This document shows, piece by piece, positions 1 through 20,539 of a stretch of DNA of 64,000 bases (the first letter of the stretch is position 1; the number at the start of each line of letters is the position of its first letter). A model generated the notes under the pieces. It was not told where the DNA came from. It did no database searches and saw only the letters and a list, made by a program, of their open reading frames with translations. The position numbers and the translations under genes are program-made. The DNA comes from the human T2T-CHM13v2.0 reference genome, Homo sapiens, in the NCBI RefSeq assembly GCF_009914755.1, contig NC_060947.1. One strand, 5' to 3'.

Positions 1-2680
1 AACCATCAGAAACTAATATGAATACCTCTAGACACACAAACTAGAAAACCTAGAAGAAATTGATACATTCCTGGACACATATACCTTGCCAAGAATGAGC
101 CAGGAAGAAATTAGTTCCTTTAACAGAACAATAAAGAGCTCTGAAATTAAGTCAGTAATAAATAGCCTACTAACCAAAAGAAAAGCCCTGGACCAGATGG
201 ATTCACAGCCAACTTCTACCAGATGTATGAAGAAGAGCTGGTAACATTCCTACAGAATTCATTCCCAAAAATTGAGGAGGAGGACCTCCTTCCCAACTCA
301 TTCTATGAATCCAGCAGCATCTATTCAAAACCTGTCAGAGACACAACAAAAACAGAAAACTTCAAGTTAATATTTTTGATGAACATTGATGCAATGATCC
401 TCAACAAACTACTTGCAAACTGAATCCAGCAGCATATCAAAAAGCTAATCCACTATGACCAGGTAGGCTTCATCCCTGGGGTTCAAGATTTGTTCAATGT
501 ATGCAAATCAATATATGTGATTCATCACATAAACAGAATTAAATACAAGACCACAGAATTATCTCAATAGACACAGAAAAGGTTTTGAATAAAATTAAAC
601 ACAACTTTATGTTAAAAACTCTGAATAAATTAGGTATTAAAGGAACATACCTCAAAATAATAAGAGCCATCTATGACAAGTCCAGAGCCAACATTATACT
701 AAATGGGAAAAAGCTCAAACATTCACCTTAAAAACCAGCAGAAGAGAAAAATGCCCTCTCTTACCACTTCTACTCAACATAGTATTGGAAATCCTAGCCA
801 GAGCAATCGGGCAAGAGAAAAAAACAAAAGCATCCAAATAGGAAGAGATGAAGCCAAACTATCTCTGATTGCAGGTGACATGATTCTATATCTGGAAAAC
901 CCCATGGTTTTGGCCCAAAAGCTCCTCCAGCTAATAAACAACTGTTGTAAAGTTTCAGGATAGAAAATCAATGTACAGAACTCACTAGCATTCCTATACA
1001 TCAGCAACAGCCAAATCTACAGCTAAATCAGAAAGGCAATCCCATTCACAATTGACACAAAAAGAATAGAATACCTAAGAATACAGCTAACCAGGGAGGT
1101 GAATAATTCCTACAATGACAATTATAAAATACTGCTCAAAGAAATCAGAGAAGATACAAACAAATGGAAAAACCACCCATGCTCATGGATAGGAGAATCA
1201 ATATCATTAAAATGGCTATACTGGCCAAAGAAATTTACAGATTTAATGTCATTTTTATCAAATTATTGACAACATTCTTCACAAAACTAGAAAAATGGTT
1301 TTAAAATTCCTATGGAACCAAAAAGGGACCCAAATACCCAAGGCAATCCTAAGGAAACAGAACAAAGCTGGAGGCATTACCTTACCCAACTTCAAACTAT
1401 ACTACAAGGCTACAGTAACCAAAACAGCATGGTACTGGTACAAAAACAGACACATAGACCATTGGGACACAACAGAGAGCCCAGAAATAAGGCCACACAT
1501 CTGCAACCCTCCAATCTTTGACAGAAACAAGTAATGAGGAAAAGACTTCTTATTCAATAAATGGCATTGGGGTAACTGGCTAGCCATATGCAGAAGATTG
1601 AATCTGGATCCCTTTCTTATACCATATACAAAAATCAACTGAAGATAGATTAAAGACTGAAATGTCTTAAAATTAAAGCCCAAAACTATGAAGAAAACCA
1701 TGAAGACAACCTAGGCAATACCATTCTGTACATAGGGATGGGCAAAGATTTTATGACAAAGACACCAAAAGCAATAGCAACAAAAGCAAAATTGACAATT
1801 GGGATCTAATTAAACTTAAGACCCTCCACAGTGCAGAAGAAACTATCAACAGAGTAAACAGACAACCTACAGAATGTGAGAAAATTTTTGCAAACTATGC
1901 ATCCAACAAAGGTCTAATATCCAGCATCTATAAGGAACTTAAATAAATCTAGAAGAAAAAAAAAACAACCCCATAAAAAGTGTGCAAAGGATATGAACAA
2001 ACACTTCTCAAAAGAAGATATACATGCAGTCAACAAGAATTTGAAAAGGAGCTCAATATTCCTGATCATTTAAAAAATGAAAATTAAAACCAAAATGAGA
2101 CACCATCTCCCACCAGTCAGAATGGATATTATTTAAACGTTAAAAAATAACAGATGCTGGTGAGGTTGTGAAGAAAAGGGAACACTTATACACTGTTGGA
2201 GGGAGTGTAAATAAGTTCAACCATTGTGAAAAACAGTATGATGATTTTTCAAAGAACTAAAAGCAGAACTGCCATTCGACCCAGCAATCCCATTACTGGG
2301 TATATACTCAGAGGAATATAAATTATTCTACCATAAAGACACATGCACTTATATGTTCATTGCAGCACTATTCACAATAGCAAAGACATGGAATCAATGT
2401 AAATGCCCACCAATGACAGATTGGATAAAGAAAATGTGTTACAGATACACCATGGAATACTATGCAGCCATAAAAAAGAATAAGATTATGTCTTCTGCTG
2501 GAACATGGAAAAAGCTGCAGGTTATTATCTTCAGCAAAGTAATGCAGGCACAGAAAACCAAATACCACATGTTCTCACTTATAAGTGGGAGCTAAGTGAT
2601 GAGAACTTATGAACACAAAGAAGGAAACAACAGACACTGGAATCTACTTGAGATGAGAGGATGGGAGGAAAGAAAAAAAT
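1..2680 (+). mobile_element. Older primate L1 (L1PA13-16/L1PB-like), ORF2 RT to C-terminus and partial 3'UTR, disrupted
   Basis: ORF fragments match L1 ORF2p ([47 protein letters not shown]). The 3'UTR start (gaacacaaagaaggaaacaacagacactgg) is of the older type and breaks off near 2680. Confidence 0.9.
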
Positions 2681-2994
2681 GTGTATTATGTTGTTATTGA
2701 GTATTAACATTCTATACATCAATTAGGTCAACGGGTAGATAATGCTCTAGCCTTCTTTTATTGATTATCTTTAAATTCTATCAATTACTAAATATGGAGT
2801 GTTCATATCTCCAACTATAATTGTGAATTTGTCCATTTCTCCTTTTATATTTGTTCTGCTTTTATTTATATATTTTGAAGCTCTATTACTGAGTGTATAT
2901 ACATTTAAAATCTCCTTCATTAATTGATACTTTTGTTGTTTAAAAATGTCCCTCATTATCCTTGGTAATATTTCTTGTCCTGAAGTCTATTTTT
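2681..2994 (-). mobile_element. Ancient L1M ORF2 (endonuclease region) fragment; left half of the host of the insertion at 2995-10132
   Basis: ORF 2771..2956 (-) reads LNVYTLSNRASKYI...FTIIVGDMNTP, the L1 EN motif. The sequence resumes in register at 10149. Confidence 0.8.
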
Positions 2995-3993
2995 TTTTTT
3001 TTTTACTTTTTGTCTCTATGGATTTGTTTATTGTGGGCTGTTCATGTAAATGAAATAATACACTATATGGTCTTCGTGGCTGGCTTCTTTCACATAGCAT
3101 AACCTTTTAAAGGGACATCTTTATTATAGTCTGTATTAATATTTCATTTTTTTAACTTTTATGTTCAAGGGTATATGTGAAGGTTTGTTACGTGGGTAAA
3201 TTCGTGTCATGGGGGTTGTACAGATTATTTCATCACCCAGATATCAATTTTAGTACTCAATAGTTATCTTTTCTGCTCCTGTCCCTCCTCGCATCCTCCA
3301 ACCTCAAGTGCACCCCAGTGTCTGTTGTTTCTTTGTGCTCATGAGTTATCATCATTTAGCTCACACTTCTAAGTGAGAACATGCGGTATTTGGTTTTCTA
3401 TTCCTGTGTTAGTCTGATAAGGATGATGGTCTCCAGCTCCACCCATGTTCCTGTTAAAGACATCAACTTGTTCTTTTTTTATGGCTGCATATGTTTTATG
3501 GTGTATATGTAAATATTTTCTTTATCCAATCTGTCATTGATGGGCATTTAGGTGGATTCCATGTCTTTGTTATTGTGAATAGCACTGCAATGAACATTCG
3601 TGTTCATGTGTCTTTATGGTAGAATGATTTATATTCCTCTGGATATACACCTAGTAATAGGATTGCTAGGTCGAATGGTAGTTCTGCTTTTAGCTCTTTG
3701 AGAAATTACCATACTGCTTTCCACAATGGCTGAATTAATTTACACGCCCACCAATGGTTTATAAGTGTTCACTTTTCTCTGCAGCCTCACCAACATCTAT
3801 TGATTTTTTGACTTTTAACTAATAGCCATTGTGACTGGAGTGACATGGTATATCACTGTTGTTTTGATTTGCGTTTCTCTAATGATCAATGATATTGAGC
3901 TTCTTTTCATATGCTTGTTGTCCCGGTGTATGTCTTCTTTTTAAAAGTGTCTCTTCATGTCCTTTGGCCACTTTTTAATAGGATTGTTTTCTC
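2995..3993 (-). mobile_element. 3'-transduced segment: terminal poly(A), ~150 bp old L1M 3'UTR, and the 3' end of an L1PA13-16-like element (~3150-3990)
   Basis: Lies inside the 16-bp TSD cctgaagtctattttt (2979-2994, 10133-10148). T-run 2990-3004. AATAAA on the minus strand at 3027-3032. Confidence 0.8.
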
Positions 3994-4220
3994 TTTTTTC
4001 TTTATTATTATTATTATCATACTTTAAGTTTTAGGGTACATGTGCACAACGTGCAGGTTTGTTACATATGTATACATGTGCCATGTTGGTGTGCTGCACC
4101 CATTGACTCGTCATTTAACATTAGGTATATCTCCTAATGCTATCCCTCCCCCCTCCCCCCACCGCACAACCGGCCCCAGTGTGTGATGTTCCCCTTCCTG
4201 TGTCCATGTGATCTCATTGT

Positions 4221-8053
<3,833 letters not shown>

Positions 8054-8116
8054 TATGATGTTAGCTGGTTATTTTGCTCGTTAGTTGATGCAGTTTCTTC
8101 CTAGCCTGGATGCTCT

Positions 8117-9132
8117 TTACAATTTGGCATGTTTTTGCAGTGGCTGGTACCGGTTTTTCCTTTCCATGTTTAGTGCTTCCTTCGGGAGCTCTTTAAGGCA
8201 GGCCTGGTGGTAACAAAATCTCTCAGCATTTGCTTGTCTGTAAAGTATTTTATTTCTCCTTCACTTATGAAGCTTAGTTTGGCTGGATATGAAATTCTGG
8301 GTTGAAAATTCTTTTCTTTAAGAATGATTAATATTGGCCCCCACTCTCTTCTGGCTTGTAGAGTTTCTGCTGAGAGATCAGCTGTTAGTCTGATGGGCTT
8401 CCCTTTGTGGGTAACCCGACCTTTCTCTCTGGCTGCCCTTAACATTTTTTCCTTCATTTCAACTTTGGTGAATCTGACAATTATGTGTCTTGGAGTTACT
8501 CTTCTCGAGGAGTATCTTTGTGGCGTTCTCTGTATTTCCTGAATTTGAATGTTGGCCTGCCTTGCTAGATTGGGGAAGTTCTCTTGTATAATATCCTGCA
8601 GAGTGTTTTCCAACTTGGTTCCATTCTCCCTGTCACTTTCAGATACACCAATTAGACGTAGATTTGGTCTTTTCACATAGTCCCATATTTCTTGGAGGCT
8701 TTGTTCATTTCTTTTTATTCTTTTTTCTCTAAACTTCTCTTCATGCTTCATTCCATTCATTTTGTGTTCCATCGCTGATACCCTTTCTTCCAGTTGATCG
8801 CATCAGTTACTGAGGGTTGTGCGTTCGTCACATAGTTCTCATGCCATGGTTTTCAGCTCCATCAGGTCCTTTAAGGACTTCTCTGCATTGGTTATTCTAG
8901 TTGTCCATTCATCTAATTTTTTTTCAAAGCCTTTAACTTCTTTGCCCTTGGTTTGAACTTCTTCCTTTAGCTTGGAGCAATTTGATCTTCTGAAGCCTTC
9001 TTCTCTCAATTCATCAAAGTCATTCTCCATCCAGCTTTGTTTCATTGCTGGTGAGGAGCTGCGTTCCTTTGGAGGAGGAGAGGTGCTCTGATTTTTAGAG
9101 TTTCCAGTTTTTCAGCTCTGTTTTTTCCCCAT
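8117..9132 (-). pseudogene. L1 ORF1p, disrupted
   Basis: Track fragments ENDFDELREEGFRRSN and EQSLQEIWDYVKRPNLRLIGV...RDFVTTRPAL, broken by stops and a frameshift. Confidence 0.93.
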
Positions 9133-10148
9133 CTTTGTGGTTTTATCTGCCTGTAGTCTTTGATGATGGTGACGTACAGATGGGTTTTTGGTGTGGATGT
9201 CCTTTCTGTTTGTTAGTTTTCCTTCTAACAGTCAGCACCCTCAGCTGCAGGTCTGTTGGAGTTTACTGGAGGTCCACTCCAGACCCTGTTTGCCTGGGTA
9301 TCATTAGCGGTGGCTGCGGAACACTGGATATTGGTGAACTGCAAATGCTGCTGCCTGATTATTCCTCTGGAAGTTTTGTCTCAGAGGAGTAAGTCTGCCC
9401 CTACTGGGGGTTGCCTCCCAGTTAGGCTACTCGGGGGTCAGGGACCTACTTAAGGAGGTGGTCTGCCCATTCTCAGATCTCAAGCTGCATGCTGGGAGAA
9501 CCACTGCTCTCTTCAAAGCTGTCAGACAGGGACTTTTAAGTCTGCAGAGGTTATTGCTGTCTATTGTTTGTCTGTGCCCTCCCCCCAGAGGTGGAGCCTA
9601 CAGAGGCAGGCAGGCCTCCTTGAACTATGGGCTCCCCCCAGTTCGAGCTTCCTGTCCGCTTTGTTTACCTACTCAAGCCTGGGCAACGGCAGGCACCCCT
9701 CCCCCAACCTTGCTGCCGCCTTGCGGTTTGATCTCAGACTGCTGTGCTAGCAATGAGCGAGGCTCCATGGGCGTAGGACCCTCCGAGCCAGATGCGGGAT
9801 ATAATCTCCTGGTGTGCCATTTGTTAAGCTCGTTGGAAAAGCGCAGTATTAGGGTAGGACTAACCTGATTTTCCAGGTGCCATCTGTCACCCCTTTCTTT
9901 GACTAGGAAAGGGAATTCCCTCACCCTTTGCATTTCCCAGTTGAGGCGCTGCCTCGCCCTGCTTCGGCTCACACACAGTGCACTGCACCCACTGTCCTGC
10001 ACCCACTGTCTGGCACTCCTTGTGACATGAACCCGGTACCTCAGTTGGAAATGCAGAAATCACCCATCTTCTGCATCACTCATGCTGGGAGCTGTAGACT
10101 GGAGATGTTCCTATTCGGCCATCTTGGATCCACCTGAAGTCTATTTTT

Positions 10149-10720
10149 CAATATTAATATAGCCACTGCACTTTATTTGATAAGTGTTTGCAATCATATC
10201 TTTTTCTATCCTTTTAATTTTAACCTGTCTGTGCTTCTTTATTTAAATGAGTTTTTGTAGACAGCAGAAAGTTGGTCTTTGTTTTTACTTGACTATGTGA
10301 ACCATTTATGCTTAATGTAATTTTCTATATGGTTAGATTAAGTTTATCATCTTGCTATGTTTTCCACGTGTAACATTTGTTCTTTTTATTGTTATTTGTT
10401 GTTCTTTTTTTCTTTTCTGACTTCGTTTGAATTACTTGATTTGCTTTTGCAGCTTTCCATTTTATCTTCCTGTATTTGAATTTTTTTAGCTGCACTTATT
10501 TGGAGAGTTTTTTTTTTTGGCTTCTGGTTTTGCATATGTGTATTTATTCTATTACAGCCTACCTTCAAATAATATTATATTACTTCATGTATAAGACCTT
10601 ACAACAATGTACATCTATTTACGCTTTCTATCTTTTGTGCGATTGTGGTCATACATTTTATGTCTATATAATTTATAAGTACAAAAAACGTTGTTATTTT
10701 TGAACAGTGAATTATATTTT
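10149..10720 (-). mobile_element. Ancient L1M continuation (right half of host)
   Basis: caatattaatatagccactgca...gtagacagcagaaagttggtc continues the ORF2 5' region from 2994. Confidence 0.7.
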
Positions 10721-11567
10721 AATCAAATTTTCAAATGAGTAAATAAATAAATACTATAAATCAAAATATGGTATGCAACAGAAATAAAAAATGCTTCTGA
10801 TTGTCTCATCAGCAGGCTGGACATGGGGGAGAAAAAAAATCTCTCAGCTTGGGGATATGACAATAGTCTTCCAAAACTGAAAAGCAAAGAGAAAAATATT
10901 TGAAAAAGGAACAGAATATCTAACAATAGTGGGACAACAAAAGATGTAACTATGCATACTGGGAACACCATAAGGAGAAGAAAGAGAAAAAAAAGAAATA
11001 TTTGAAGTGACTGAGAATTTTCTGAAATTAATGTCAAACACTTAACAACAATCAGGACACTAAGAGAATCAACCAGGATGATTCCAAAAAAAAAAAAAAA
11101 AGGAATAAAAGAAAAAGCTACACTTAGTCTTATCATATTTAAACTGCAGAAAATCAAAGATAAGGAAAAGATGTAAGAAGTTTAAAAAAGATACAGAAGT
11201 TTAAAAAATGGCTTACTTGCTGAGAAGTAAAAATAAATTAGAATGAAATATGTAAAGTATCGAGAGAAAAGAAATCCAGCATCTTAAACTTCTGTATCCT
11301 ATGAAATTATCTTTCAAAAGTGAAGATGAAATAAACATTTTGTCAGACAAACAAGAACTGAGAACGTGTGTCACCAGAAGAATGGTCTCATAAAGTTAAA
11401 AGAAGCTCCTCAGGAATAATGAAAGAAATATTTGTCAGAAACTTGGATGTATTTAAAGAAAGAAAGAATATTAGAAAAAGAATAAGTGAAAGTAAAATAA
11501 AAAATTTATATTTTTATCTTAATTGATCTAACAGAAAACACTTTGTCCAAAATAGAAATAGCAACCC

Positions 11568-11587
11568 TGTGTGTGTGTGTGTGTGTG
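11568..11587 (+). repeat. (TG)n microsatellite
   Basis: About 10 TG units. Confidence 0.9.
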
Positions 11588-11785
11588 CTTATATATAAGA
11601 GAAGTGAATTACAGCTATAATAGAAATTTCAGAAAGAAAGAATAGAAAATATTTTGTTATTATAATGTACCTGTACCAGCTGTGAAGCAGTATAATATTA
11701 TTTAAAAATGAACTTGGATTAGTTGTAAATTTATATTGCAAACTAAAGAGACACCTAAATAAAGTAGAAAAAAATACATAATTGA

Positions 11786-14020
11786 TGTTTTAGTCTGTTC
11801 TCGTGCTGCTAGTAAAGACACACCCAAGACTGGGTAATTTATAAAGAAAAGAGGTTTAATTGACTCACAGTTCCACATGGCTGGGGAGACCTCACAATCA
11901 TGGTGGAATGCAAAAACAAAGCATGAGATGTCTTATGTGGCAGCAGGCAAGAGAGAGTTTATGCAAGGGAACTCCCATTAATAAAACCATTAGATCTCAT
12001 GAGACTTATTCACTACCATGAGAACAGTATGGACAAAATTGCCTCACATCATTCAATTATCACCACTTTGCCCCGCCCTTGACATATGGATACTATTACA
12101 ATTCAAAATGAGATTTGAGTGGGGACACAGCCAAACTGTAGCATTCCACCCCATCCCCTCACAAATCTTACATCCTCACATTTCAAAACCAATCATGTCT
12201 TCCCAACAGTCCTCTAAAGTCTTAACTCATTTCAGCATAAATCAAAAGTCCACAGTCCAAAGTCTTATCTGAGACAAGGCAAGTCTCTTCTACCTATAAG
12301 CCTGTAAAATCAAAAGCAAGTTAGTTACTTCCTAGATACAATGGGGGTACAGGCATTGGGTAAATACACTTGTTCTAAATGAGAGAAATTGGCCAAAATG
12401 AAGGAGCCACAGGCCCTTCTGAAATCCAAAGGGCAGTCAAATCTTAAAGCTCCAGAATGATCTCCTTTGACTCCATGTCTCACATGCAGGTCATGCTGAT
12501 GCAAGAGGTGGGTTCCCATGGTCTTGGGCAGCTCCATCCTGTGGCTTTGCAGGATACAGCTCCCCTCCTGGCTGCTTTCATGGGCTGACATTGAGTCTGT
12601 GGCTTTTCCAGGTGCACAGTGCAAGCTGTTGGTGGATCTACCATTCTGGAGTCTGAAGGATAGTGGCCCTCTTCTCACAGCTCCACTAGGCAGTGCCTCA
12701 GTGGGGACTCTGTGTGGGGGCTTCAAGCCCACATATGCCTTCTGCACTGCCTTAGCAGAGGTAATCCATGAGGGCTCCACCCCTGCAGCAAACTTCTGTC
12801 AGGAAATCCAGGTATTTCCACACATCATCTGAAATATAAGCAGAGGTTCTTGAACCTCAGTTCTTGACTTCTGTTCATGCATAGGCTCAACACCACATGG
12901 AAGCTGCCAAGGCTCAAGGCTTGCACCCTCTGAATCCACAGCCTGAGCCATACCTTGTCCCCTTTAAGCCAAGGCTGGAGCAGCTGGGATGCAGGGCACC
13001 AATCTCAAGGCTGCACACAGCACTGGGGCCCTGTACCCACCCCAGGAAACCATTTTTCCCTCCTAGGCCTCCAAGCTTATGATGGGAGGGGCTGATACAA
13101 AGGTCTCTGACATGCCCTGGAGACATTTTCCCCATTGTCTTGGCAATTAGCATTTTGCTCCTCGTTACTTATGCAAATTTCTGCTGATGGCTTGAATTTC
13201 TCCCCAGAAAATGGATTTTTCTTTTCTACTGCATCATTAGGTCTGCAAATGTTTCAAACTTTTATGCTCTCCTTCCTCTTGAGCACTTTCCTGCTTAGAA
13301 ATTTTTTCTTCCAGATACTCTATATCATCTCTCTCAAGTTCAAAGTTTCACAAATCTCTAGAGCAAGGACAAAATACCACCAGTCTCTTTGCTAAAACAT
13401 AGCAAGAGTCACCTTTGCTCCAGTTCCTGGCAAGTTCCTCATCTCCATCTGAGACCACCTCAGCCTGGACTTTATTGTCCATATCACTATCCAAATTGGT
13501 CAAAACCAACAAAAAAGTCTCTAGGAAATTCCAAACTTTCCCACATTTTTCTGGCTTCTTCTGAGGCTCCAAACTGGCCCAACGCCTGCCTGTTACCCAG
13601 TTCCAAAGTTGCTTCCACATTTTTAGGTGTCTTTACAGCAGTGCCCCACTCCCAATACCAATTTACTGTATTAGCCTGTTCTCACATGGTTAATAAACAC
13701 ATACCCAAGACTGGGTAACTTATAAAGGAAAGAGGTTTAAATGATTCACAGTTGCACATGGTTGGGGAGGCCTCACAAACATAGTGGAAGATGAAGGGGA
13801 AGCAAGACACATATTACATGGCATCAGGCAAGAGGGAGCTTGTGCAGGGGAGCTCCCATTTATAAAACTATCAGATCTCATGGGACTTATTCACTACCAT
13901 GAGAAAAGTATGCAGAAACTTCCCATGATTTAATTATCTCCACCAGGCCCTGCCCTTGACAGGTGGGAATTATTACAATTCAAGCTGAGATTTGGGTGGG
14001 GACACAGGCAAACCATACCA
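11786..14020 (-). mobile_element. Complete THE1 (ERVL-MaLR): LTR 11786-12143, internal 12144-13666, LTR 13667-14020
   Basis: Two ~355-bp LTRs (tg[t/a]ttag...ccaaac..ta[g/c]ca) bounded by a perfect 5-bp TSD ATTGA (11781-11785, 14021-14025). Internal region is typical of THE1-int. Confidence 0.93.
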
Positions 14021-14099
14021 ATTGATGTGCTAAGAAATGAGATAAGTTGAAATTATATTAAAAGCCTAATTAAAACCACAAAAAGTCAGCAAAAGTATG

Positions 14100-14449
14100 T
14101 TTCTTCATTTTTTGAGGCCACTATAACAAAATACCTTAGACTGGGAAACTTATAAACAACACAAATTTATTGCTCAGTTTTGGAGGCTGCAAATCTAAGA
14201 TCAAGGCCCCAGCAAATTTAGTGTCTGGTAAGGTCTATTTCCTCATAGATGACATTTTCTAGCTGTGTCCTCACATGGCAGAATGGGTGACCAAGCTCCT
14301 TCAGGCTTCTTTCATAAGGTCACTAATTCTGTACGTGAAAGTGGAGTCCTCATGACTTAATCACTTCCTAAAGGCTCCCCTTTGTCATACCATCACCTCA
14401 GGAGTTAAGACTTCTCCATATGAATTCTGGGGAAACACAGACCATAGCA
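14100..14449 (-). mobile_element. MLT1A-like solo LTR
   Basis: ctataacaaaataccttagactggg ... cagaccatagca; near-TSD gtatg/gtgtg. Confidence 0.8.
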
Positions 14450-14834
14450 GTGTGAAAGACAAAAATATGAAAAAACACAAAGGTAACATATAGAAAACAT
14501 AACAAATATTGTATATATTAATCCAACTATATCAACAATCACTTTAAACTGCACCCATGGTCTAAATACACCAATTAAAAGACACATACAGTTAAAGTGG
14601 ATCCAAAAATATCCAACTGTATGTTGTCTACAAGGAGCCCACTTTAAATATAAAGACATGTATAAACTTAAAGTAAATGGGTGGAGAAAGACATGGCATG
14701 CAAACACAACGAAAGTTGAAGTAGCTATATTAATTTCAGACACAGCCAACTTTAGAGAAAGGAAAGTTATCAGGAATAAGAGGGTTATTACATACTGATA
14801 AAGAAGTCAGTGCTCCAACAAGAAATAACATTTC

Positions 14835-16832
<1,998 letters not shown>

Positions 16833-18449
16833 AAGAAATAACATTTCATAATGTGTACACACTGAAAAAGAGAACATCAAAATGCATGAGGTAAAAACTT
16901 ACAGAACATCAAAGAGAAATGGAAGAATCCACTGTTATATTTTTTGAAGACATTAATACCCCTCTGTCAGAAATGGACAGATCTACCATGCAGAAAGTTA
17001 TTAAGGACACAGTTGAACTCAATATCACAAGCAACTAAATATAATTGACACTGTAGACCACTGCATCCAACAACAGAAGAATACACATTCTTCTTAAGTT
17101 CACGTGAAACATTAATCAACATAGATGACATTCTAACCTATAACACACAACTTAAAAAATTTAAAAGAATAGAAATCATACAACATCTGCTTTCACCACA
17201 ATGGAATTAAACTAGAAATCAATAAAAGAAAGTTATGTAGAAAGCCCCAAAATACTTGGAGATTAACCAATACACTTTAAAACAACACATAAGACAAAGA
17301 AGAAATCTCAAGAAAAAAATTTAAATATTTTAACAAAGAAAACAGGGAGATCAAAGTAAGACAATAAGAAATGACAAAAATGACATTACAACTGATCCCA
17401 TTACTGGGTTTAGTTCTGTATTCTTCACCTCTGTAAAATAAGGCTGATCCTATCTACTCCCTTTGATTATAGTTAGCCTGATGGGAGTTTGCACAAGCAA
17501 GGACCCAGCACAGGCTCTAGCCTAAAGTGCCTGCTCTGTGAACTAGACTTCTGGTTTTCTTTCTCCAAGCAGACAGCCAGGACTTGTACTTATCTTTTTA
17601 TTTTAGAGAGAGAATTGGCCTCCTTCATCCTCTCAGACTGTTAGTTTGAGACTCTCCTACCATGGCTAGAGTGTTGAGTTTGCACGGTTCCCCCATTCTT
17701 CATTGGCCTATCTTTCTTTTCTCTCTCTCTTCTGCAAAATCCCTCCCCTACACATCCCTTTCAAGTCTGGGTTCTCGGCATTAGTCATTGAGCCCTACCT
17801 GCCTCCTCATATACACCTCTTTCCCAGAGTTGAGCCATCCTTGGATGCCAAAGAAGCCTGTTTCTTCACGGCTTTGTCCTTTGGTCTTCATCTCAGAGCC
17901 CTGGGCCTTTCTCATTCTTTTTACCCTAATCCAGAACCAGGCAGCTAGATCCGATGACAGGGTGGGTATAGAGCCCCGGTCCTCCACCACTCCAGTTGGT
18001 ACTTGCCCTTACTACTCATGTTCCCACAAAAGAATCTTAATTTTTCTCCAAAACATACCTAGGTCCTGCCTCAACGGTGACACTTTAGGGCAGGCCCAGA
18101 GCCTAGTGTTGCTCATTTTCCAGAGTATCTAGTCCTGGAAGTGCAAAAGCCCATCACAGTGATCAAGAAGGTGGACGGAAAGGGCTTGAGTCTTCCCTCC
18201 TTCCAGAAACCCAAGCACTGATGTTGCTAAAGTTCCAAAGGGATTGAGGAGGGAGATAGGAGTGAGTGAGTGAATGGGGGCTATGTTCAGAGCCCAGAGT
18301 GTAAAGCTTGAATGGAGAGGCAACAAGCAGCATGTTAAATTTCTCTGGGCCTTCATTCCAATTGCTAAGCATTTTCCATGCATGGATGTGAACCAGAAGA
18401 GGCACAGTAGGCCCACACGCTGTGAAGTCCCAGCCACTCTCCAGATGAC

Positions 18450-18640
18450 AATAATAATGGCTATTTACTGAGCACACTACTAGTGCACTTAATTCTCCCA
18501 ACGTCCCTATAGAATGGTCTCTATTGTCTGCCCCATTTGTTGTGTGTTGGAAACTGAGGCTGAGAGAGGTGGAGTGCCTTGCAGAGGTCTACAGTCAGCC
18601 ACGCTTGGGTTTAGGTCACAGTTCCACAGATCACCTAATA
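18450..18640 (-). mobile_element. MIR fragment
   Basis: atttactgagc...ccccatt...ggaaactgaggctgagagaggt core. Confidence 0.7.
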
Positions 18641-19637
18641 GTGTCTGCCTTGGGTAAGACCCTGCCCTACTCTCAGCTTCAGTTACCATATAAACAAAAA
18701 AGAACTTAAACTCTGCATTCCTCATCTCCCTCCCAGTAGTAGGAGGGCCCAATGATTGATGACTGGAGCCAAGTTCCATAGCACAGAGACCCAGATCAGG
18801 CCTGAATCTGAGCCAGGGTAGTGGAAAAGGGTTAGGGAGGGGTGTAGTAGGGTGGAGAGTAGCCTTTGGCTACTATCACAGAACTGAGAGGCCATACCAG
18901 GCTTAGAGAATATTTACCAGGCACTTGGATTCTCCCAAAGCATTAAGGCTGCTAAAGAAAAGGTTTATCCAGAGCTCCATAGTTCATCACAGGCGGACCT
19001 CATTCTTTACAAAGCAATTTCACATTCGTTATCTCCCTGAAGCCTTAAAACAAATCTGATCAGTAGGAGTCAGCGCAGAGTCCAACAGATGCCCTATTTG
19101 ATACCTGCCTCTCTAAGTCTCAGAAAAGCTAAGAGACTACTCCCTAGTGGCAGTAAGATCGCTGCAGAGAAGCCACCTCTCTGGTTAATCTTCAGGTTAA
19201 GAAATAAATCAAAAGTTCCATTAAATAAACTAGACTAAACCTCCCTGTCTGTTCCTCCCCATCACCACACAAACAAAAACCACTGGGCAATGTTCTTACT
19301 CACTTCTCTTCCAGACATCCCTGGAGCTGGATCAAATAGTGATTTCCAATCTACAATTCCAAGGTCATTTACTGATTCATTACACAAATATTTCCCAAGA
19401 CCCTACCATGTACAAGGGAGCTTTATTCCAATGGGTTCAAAAATACTTCCCCATACCCCTTCAAGGTGCTCAAATTTCAGAAGATTCAGATAAGATCTCA
19501 AATAACTCTAAGGTAGACAAAATAGTCTCCATCAGTCCATTGGGAAGGGGAATTGATAATGAGATTCACAGAAGAGGAAGAGTGTTTTCTGAGAGGAGCA
19601 TCACTACATAGGGCTTTAGCGAGAAGGGCACATTTCA

Positions 19638-20450
<813 letters not shown>

Positions 20451-20539
20451 ATAGGTATGTTACTTTCCTGCCTCTTAGTCCCTTCTCCCCAGCACCAGAC
20501 TTTAATTGGTCTTTTCTGATCAATTACTCATTTTCCTTC

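Noticed and set aside
1900-3990. Local inverted duplication between the L1 at 1-2680 and the L1 piece at 3150-3990
   Set aside because: The copies are substantially diverged, and the TSD assigns 3150-3990 to the transduced segment.
13755-13772. PRDM9 hotspot motif in THE1 LTRs
   Set aside because: LTRs read CCTCCCCAACCAT and TCTCCCCAGCCAT, not the hot CCTCCCTNNCCAC form.
17703-18779. Cluster of 65-114 aa ORFs in unique-looking DNA; possible pseudogene
   Set aside because: No recognisable protein similarity, poly(A) or TSD; partly MIR.
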